Shown piece after piece: positions 35,330 to 41,852 of a stretch of 41,852 bases of DNA. Numbering within the stretch: position 1 is the first letter of the stretch; the number at the start of each line of letters is the position of its first letter. The DNA comes from Hyphochytrium catenoides (lineage: Eukaryota; Protista; Hyphochytriomycota), in contig FLMG01003259.1 of the NCBI GenBank assembly GCA_900088475.1, forward strand, positions 1-41,852. The letters are read 5' to 3'. The notes under the pieces were generated by a model that made no database searches, had not been told where the DNA came from, and saw nothing but the letters and a program-made list of their open reading frames with translations. Made by a program: the position numbers and the translations under genes.

Positions 35330-36652
35330 TTACGTGGAACGCCAGAGAGAGACCGCCGCATCCGGGGTCCAGGTAGAATTTGATGTATGAGCTTGGAGGC
35401 ACATCCAGTCCCGACCATTGTAACTAACGACATCACCGGGACTATAGGTTCCAATTGGGTCCCACTGCCTCCTGCCTGTTGTCGGCTGAGAATATTGGCC
35501 CCCATAGCCGTGATGAGGTTGTGCCTGTTGTGAGCTGCTAGCAGCTACACCCCCAGGTGGCTGCCATTGGCTTTGCTGCTGTTGTTGTTCTTGTTGCTTA
35601 CGCTTCTTCTCTTCCTCTTCCTTCTTCTTCTGGTCTTTCATGAAGTCGCTAGCCAGTACTCCGGCCCCGATAGCGGCCCCGACGCCTAACACGCTCATGC
35701 CCACGTTTGCCGCTGTGTTAATTTGCTCAAGCTGCTTCATCCGGCGGTACTGGATGTCGTTCATCTGTGTAAAGCCTTGCACTGGTGATCCGTCCATAGT
35801 ACCGCCAGTAATAGGTGGCTGAAGAGTGAGTGCAAGGTTGATTGAGCCCTGGACCTTACCCTTTCGGTTGTATAGGTCAAACCAGCCGTTCAAGTGATTG
35901 CCGGGTCGGCTGACGATTTGGTTCAGGGGGATGCAAGTAAAGCCAGAAACCTCATCCACAGCGGCATCGGAGTCAAGCACTTCAACGAAAAGATTGGTTG
36001 ACTGCAGGGAAGAGCCACCTTGGGGAAAGGATATAGCCACGGTCTGATTCCACGTGGGGTTGCTGCCTCCGTCCTTGGCCACCTTGGTCTTAGCCAAGAC
36101 GTTCTTGCCGTCAGGATTGGTCAGGAATTGGACGTAGGGATCCTGCTTACCCATAAGCTCCCTATTTTCAATGCCTCTCGCGCTAATGACCGTGATTGAT
36201 AGCTGTGATGGGACATTTCCAGCCGCAGCAGGAGGCTGAGGTGGATATGGTTGGGCATAGCCCTGCCCTGCACTCGGAGCAGGAGGAGCTGTTGGGTAGC
36301 CTGCTGAAGGCGGTGCTACCACTTGTTGTGCCGCACTGTAAGGGGCGCTGGCCATGGGCGCTCCCCCGGCAGGGTAGCCTGCTGATGCCATTGGAGCTGG
36401 AGCACCATACGCCGGTGCGCCACCCATAGGTGCTCCAGCCATAGGTGCCCCAGCCATTGGTACTCCAGCCATAGGGGCAGCGTAACCCATGGGTGCGCCT
36501 GCATACCCCGGGCCCGCGGGTGGAGCACCGTAACCTGCGACAGGGGCGCCATATCCGGCTGGAGCGCCATATCCAGCTGGAGCGCCATATCCAGCTGGTG
36601 CCCCTGCTGGCGGTGCCCCGGGATAACCATACTGACCTCTATTCGGATCCAT
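35330..36652 (-). CDS. Intronless 440-aa protein: Pro/Gly/Ala/Tyr repeats, C2 domain, Gly-zipper helix, C-terminal CBM5/12 (chitin-binding type 3)
   Basis: C2: LSITVISARGI...GKQDPYV...KTKVAKDGGSNPTWNQT...VEVLDSD...G.I.L.L. CBM: W....TY.PGDVVSYNGRDW.CLQAHTS...WTP....SLW. Confidence 0.9.
   Translation of the reverse strand: MDPNRGQYGYPGAPPAGAPAGYGAPAGYGAPAGYGAPVAGYGAPPAGPGYAGAPMGYAAPMAGVPMAGAPMAGAPMGGAPAYGAPAPMASAGYPAGGAPMASAPYSAAQQVVAPPSAGYPTAPPAPSAGQGYAQPYPPQPPAAAGNVPSQLSITVISARGIENRELMGKQDPYVQFLTNPDGKNVLAKTKVAKDGGSNPTWNQTVAISFPQGGSSLQSTNLFVEVLDSDAAVDEVSGFTCIPLNQIVSRPGNHLNGWFDLYNRKGKVQGSINLALTLQPPITGGTMDGSPVQGFTQMNDIQYRRMKQLEQINTAANVGMSVLGVGAAIGAGVLASDFMKDQKKKEEEEKKRKQQEQQQQQSQWQPPGGVAASSSQQAQPHHGYGGQYSQPTTGRRQWDPIGTYSPGDVVSYNGRDWMCLQAHTSNSTWTPDAAVSLWRST
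36415..36605 (-). repeat. Coding micro-repeats (GYGAPA x3, 18 bp; GAPMA-like, 15 bp)
   Basis: Near-identical 18-bp units (gcgccatatccagctgga) and ccagccataggtgc repeats. Confidence 0.85.
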
Positions 36653-37805
36653 GTTGAGTGGTCAAAGGCAATAGATAAAGATGCGTGGACTTCCAAACCA
36701 AACGATAAGGCGTTAAGTTAGCAAAGACTAAAGGAGTAACTTTCCGATGGCGCTTTGACAGTCAGAGACTAATCACGATGTGAGCTATGTAAGAGAGAGC
36801 ACGCAGCACGATCCGGGCCTAGAAAGATCTTCCCTCCTGCAGGAAAGAATCTTGCGATCTTGTTCTTGAGCGCTGTCTTTCTTTCTTTCTTCCCCTGTCT
36901 GGTTTCTGATTTGATGACGGTTTTTACGCGTTCATATCAGGAATAGAGAGGTAGGACAGCCCTTCTATAGCTCATAACGTCGTGCCCATTCTTAATCCCA
37001 TGATGCTGTGGATTGTGTGTGTCACACTCTCACTTTCTGGCTGTCCTTGCCTGTTCACAAGCCTCTGCCCCTTGTGCCTTTACGTAAGGCTCTGGCGGCT
37101 GGCTATCTAACACGCTGCTGACCACAATGCCTGACAAGGTCCATCATCGGGCTCACATCATCCTCCGCACCTTGCTGTCCTGACACAATGCTGGCAAGGC
37201 TCCTAGTTCCATTAGAAGCTGAATCCTTCAAGAGGTGAAGCAAGATGACACGGAAGAGGCGCATTAGTATTTATATGATAGATCTTGGAAACGATCAAGG
37301 CATGATAGAGGATTAGGGCCAAGGACCTGTCAGCATAATCTTGGGATCTGAGCTGCAGTGCTGCCCCGCTGCCAGATGGTTTTCACCCACTGTCAAAGTC
37401 ATCAATGCAGTCATAAGTCCTCAGGAATAGCTTGAAGCCTTTTCTCAATATTAACAGAATGCGTCATCATGTATCTGTTAGAAAATGAGAAGAACAGCCA
37501 GCATCTGCGTCTTGAAGAGCCTCGTCACAAGTACACGAGCCGGTCATACTGAGAGGGAGGAGTACGCCTGGTAGTAAGTTACGAAGCCAGCAATGGATCA
37601 GGTCGCAGGCCTCATCCTCCTCTTCTTCAAAGTGAGGACTGCCTTGAACTTAATCCTAAACCCTAATAACTACTGTGCGCCTACCAATGCTAACAACTCT
37701 TCACATTAGCATTAGCTGCTAGTTGACAAAGCACCACTATAGAGAGATGGACACTTCCTAAATGACCTATGCAAGGGGCTCGCTGGAGAGATATGAGCCG
37801 CTGAG

Positions 37806-40800
37806 TTAGTGTTCTGGAAAGATCTCTATGTAGCGACTATACATCCGCTGCCCGTTGAGCTCTCGTGCTGCCCTCTGAGCCTCCTCATAGGTATAGAAGC
37901 CAGCCCAGCCCTGCATTGGTGGACGCGAAATATAGTGTTAGAGGCTGAGCACGGTAAGGAGTGCTCGCATCAAGTAGGCACCTGAGCGCCAATACGCATG
38001 TCACACATAAGGCAGGATCATAAGGGCAGCTGAAGGAGCCCACAAAGTGAGCGGCTGTGTAAACTCACCTCTCCACTAGGCCTGCCATCCAAGCCTTGGG
38101 CGATGGTGATGGAATCTGGCACCACTGAATACCCCCTGAGAAAAGAAAGGATATCCTGCTCGGTGGCGCGGTAAGGCAGTCCTCTCATCTTGATGTGGTA
38201 TAGTTTTCCGCTATACGCAGACTGGCCAGAGCTCACGCCATAGCCCTGGGTGGCTGTGCCAGACATGTAAGACATGTCGGTCCCATACCCTTGCTGAGTG
38301 CCATAGGTACCAGCGCTCGACATGCCATAACCACTAGAAGGTAAGGTTGGTCAGCTTAAGAGAAGAGTGATGAGGAAAGTGATGGAGTCACCAGGAAGCT
38401 CATTAAACAAGTACTATAACTTAGGCCCAACTCCACAACTACTGCCTCCGTTGTGAGCAGTTTTACTTTTGGGCGGGGGTGATTGGTGTGCTCCGAAAGG
38501 AGGCAGTGTCAATGCTACCTCATTGAAGGCCTTATCATCCACAGAGCCACCACGAAAAAGACCAGTAAAGCAGAAAATAAATGAGGACCTTACCTGGAGT
38601 CATAGCCGCGAGAGGCCTGCATTCCATAGGAAGAGTAGCCTGAAGCGTCATATCCGCCAGAGCCACCACCTCCATACCCTCCTCCGCCTCCTCCTCTACC
38701 CCCTCTGTACCCGCCATAGGGTCGATCGTAATATCTCTCCCTTTCGTATGGAGGGTAGTCGTTGAATCTTCCCCTACCTCTCCCTCCTCGCCCAAAATAA
38801 AAGTCTCCTCTTCCACGTCCACCCCTTCCAAACGGTGGCCCACCCCACGGGTCACCACGGAACGGGAATCGAGGTCGCTCACCAAAGGAAGAAGTGCTCA
38901 GATCAATTCTGCCCCCTCCATCAACCCCGAGCGCCCTCATCATCTCTCTCCGAGGAACGCGGAACAGCTCGATATATCTGGTCCCAATTGCCGCTCTCTG
39001 TTTTGCCATTGCCTTCTCCGCAATCTACACAGCACACCCAGTTTCAGTCCCAGCCCATCACGCAAAGTAAGTCTAAGCAACAGGAAGACCAAAGCGAAAG
39101 CCATACAACAAAGGAACACTGTCTGTCTTTCCCCACCTCCTCTGATGAGAACTCAACGAAGCCCTCCCCTGATGGTCGGTTCTCTCTCAAATATTTGATC
39201 CCAACGCCATTCTCCACGATCTCTGAACTTAAAGGGTCAAAGAAGTCCCTGATGGCCTGCCTCGTGCAGTCAAACGGCAGCCCCCGCAACTTTATACAGC
39301 ACTTTGCGTCCAGATCCCCATGCAACATTCCCTGCGTGGGCACTTGTGCCTCTGAGCGATGAAGTATCTCCTCCATCTCACCCTTGGAGCTCCGGAACAG
39401 CTCGATGTACCGGGACCCTATTCTCTCTCCAAACTTCTTGATTGCCTCCCCAGCCAGTTCTTCTGATTTAAACTCCACGAAAGCCTCACCTGAACGGCGT
39501 AACGTAGAGCGCCAACTTAGATTTCTAATAGTATTTGGAACCCACACGGTTTACAAAGGACTCACCCGAAGGCCTTCCATCAGCGCTGTAGGCTCTATGA
39601 ATAGAGTTCTCATCCACATGGAGGCCGGCAAAGAACTGCTTGATATCCTGAACGGTGCAGTGATACGGTAGGCCCCTCATTTTAACAATACCCTAGAAAA
39701 CGCGCGGTTAGCAGGGTGCAGACGCGTCGTTGGTAAGCGTAGGTGTGTTTGTACCTCATAACGGCTGTGCAAGTTCTGATTCGCCGTTGGAACCAACAGC
39801 TTGCTAGAGTTCTCAATGGCCGCTTTCATTTCCTCTTCTGTTGCAGGAAAGACTTCGATGTAGCGTCGGCCCATCATTCTCCTATGTCGCTTTAGACCTT
39901 CCTCAGCATCCGATACACTAGCGCACTTGACATACGCTTCCCCATTTGGCCGTCCTTGGAAATTTCTGGCAATGAAGATGCCCGCGAAGGGATCTAGCGC
40001 CATTCCTTTGGTGAAAATTCTGATGTCCTCCTCTGTAACCTCCCAGGGCAGACCTCTCAAGCGAAGGAAAATGCCACCCCCGCCACTTGGGATGGAGGAG
40101 GAAGTGGTCGCGGAAACGCCAGCGTTCGTGGTATCAGAAAGGGACATGCTTTGGTTTTCGGTGCTGGCGGAAGGAGCCGCAGCCTCCACCCCATTGCTCT
40201 CACCGTCAGTCATGGCGACAATAATCGGATTCACGAAGGTATGTCCTGCAGGACCCGTGAGACCGGTACACGCTGCTGCCCAGCCTTAATAAAGAGCTTT
40301 GCTTACCTTGCGTGCAGAGGTAGGAGACGAGCTGGGCGATCGTACGGCACGTCTGAGACCCATGTCCAGCTTCTTCGACGAAGCCAATGCCAGCAACCTC
40401 AGCACAAGCTTTAAGAGACGTGTACGCCTTGCTCCCACTAACCGTCGAGTACTCGGTAGTGATGTCGAATACTCGTTCGAAGTGTGCCTGTAGATTCACG
40501 TCCTTCTCCAAAGCCAGATCATAGAAAAAGTGCTTGAATCTCTGCAACGAAGAGGTAATAAGGCAGAACGAGTGCCCTTTGGATACGAACGTCTCATAGA
40601 CGTATCGGTCAAACTAGTGAAGAATAACAAGCATTAGGTTAGCGTTGTCTGACCCATTCCTGCAAGTATCTACCCACCTGTTGTATGGCTTCGTGGAGGG
40701 TGACTCCATCCTCTAAGGCTGACACAGACAGCCCCGTGCCAGCAAGCATACCATCGGTAAGTTCTTCATAAAAACTGGGCTGGATGTAAACTTGGTTCTC

Positions 40801-41006
40801 ATCAAGAGGGATGGAGTCACGGAGGTCGTAAGTCAGCCAGCATAGTTCGGCGATCTCCTCAATCTTGTCCAAATCAGGCTTTGCAAGCCCAGCCGTGGTC
40901 ACCTCAAAGCATACCAGGTAATCAAACGCTGTCATCATAGTACGTAAGTCCAAGGCACTCGTATCATCTATCACTTGGACAGCCTACCTTTCTTGACCTT
41001 CATCAT
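37806..41006 (-). CDS. ESRP/Fusilli-like RNA-binding protein: degenerate DEDDh exonuclease-like domain, 3 qRRMs, RGG/GY region, 4th qRRM; about 9 exons
   Basis: The N-domain (FDYLVCFEVTTAG...EEIAELCW...LHEAIQQFDRYV...SFCLIT...VFDITTEY...GHTFVNP) parallels the ESRP N-terminus. Four hnRNP F/H-type RRMs carry RGLP(W/Y/F), RP(S/N)GE and RYIE(V/L/I)F. Splice phases are consistent. An alternative start at 40938 is possible. Confidence 0.88.
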
Positions 41007-41534
41007 GCAACAGGAGGTCGGCCCAAAAGGCGCCTATTCTAGAGACCAGAATCAAAACCCACAGCGGGAAGATATAGTAGGAACACCGAGCACGGACCCT
41101 ACGTTTCAGGGAGGCTCTCGTACGGCCCAAAGCTGGCCGTCTTTGGCAGAATGCAGCTGGATCTGCACACTGGATGGGCGAGTTTTGTAAGGCTCGCTAT
41201 GTGGCAAGATTTTTGAAGACTTTCAGCATAGAGCTTCAAATCAGTCTCAACCCCAGTTCCAGACGGCAAAGAAACGAGAGGTGGCGCTGGTTCCTCACAG
41301 AACACACAGAAAGCGAGTGGATACTCCTCACTCTTCGAACTCTGAGCTCCTCCAGGAGTAGTTGTAGACTTTATTACTGATTACTCATTACATTGTCCAT
41401 ATGATAATCGGGTATTTCGAAAATCCAGAGGTATTGGAATTGATATCGATCTACTGGAGGAGATCTGATAAGCAAAGATGAAACGACACCATGGAAGATG
41501 CTCAATCAACTTCACACTTTGCTGCCTCCGTCTA

Positions 41535-41830
41535 ATCAGCGCCGCCGCTGATCGAAGGAGCTGTCAGCTGTCACGGCCAAGAGAGCCAGACCGGCAGCAT
41601 CCTAGGACAAGATGCCGAAGAGATAGGATAGCACGTCTATGAGCTATCAGATATCCAGCTCTTCCTCATACCGCAGAAAGGCATCTGGGTGAGTGAGAAC
41701 TAAGGCGCAGAAATAAGCACGAAGGGTCATTGGGGTCATTCAAGGATTCTGAGTCCATCTATAGTGGCTCCCTCCATCCTTACCCGCTAGACGAATACCT
41801 GAGCGACTGGACATTGCTGAACGAAACGAT
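41535..41830 (-). CDS. Possible terminal exons of an unidentified gene entering from beyond the window
   Basis: Alternating GT donors and YAG acceptors on the minus strand. The reading frame could not be determined and no homology was recognised. Confidence 0.2.
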
Positions 41831-41852
41831 CTAGGGTGGGCGGGCAGGATGG

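Noticed and set aside
36903-36943. Hairpin containing ATGA and an A-run (SECIS-like)
   Set aside because: Spacing is too short, there is no GA quartet partner, and no in-frame TGA gene lies nearby.
708-41006. Alternative genetic code or non-canonical (AT-AC, GC-AG) introns as the cause of ORF fragmentation
   Set aside because: TAA, TAG and TGA all end recognisable genes, and every break in the conserved genes is explained by GT-AG introns.

Overview
Gene-dense eukaryotic (protist-like) nuclear DNA. It uses the standard code and has many short GT-AG introns with CTAAC/CTGAC/CTAAT branch sites, plus abundant (GA/TC)n tracts and two N gaps. Manual splicing gives, in order: cullin-1-like (-), 26S proteasome RPN7 (-), CCT5 (+), an intronless SPFH/band-7 protein (-), an unknown coiled-coil gene (-), a Snapin/Pallidin-family BLOC-1 subunit (+), a ~3,550-aa coiled-coil protein with a 231-bp internal tandem repeat (-), a 78-aa small membrane protein (+), an ERGIC-53/VIP36 L-type lectin (-), an intronless Pro/Gly/Tyr-C2-Gly-zipper-CBM5/12 protein (-), and an ESRP/Fusilli-like protein with a degenerate DEDDh domain and four quasi-RRMs (-). 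The best candidates for novelty are the C2 + chitin-binding-module fusion and the ESRP-like gene. One ESRP intron holds a structured element with a candidate 12-nt in-frame microexon and a retention-induced stop. No CRISPR array, rRNA, tRNA or intact mobile element was recognised. All calls are by eye, and no searches were run.
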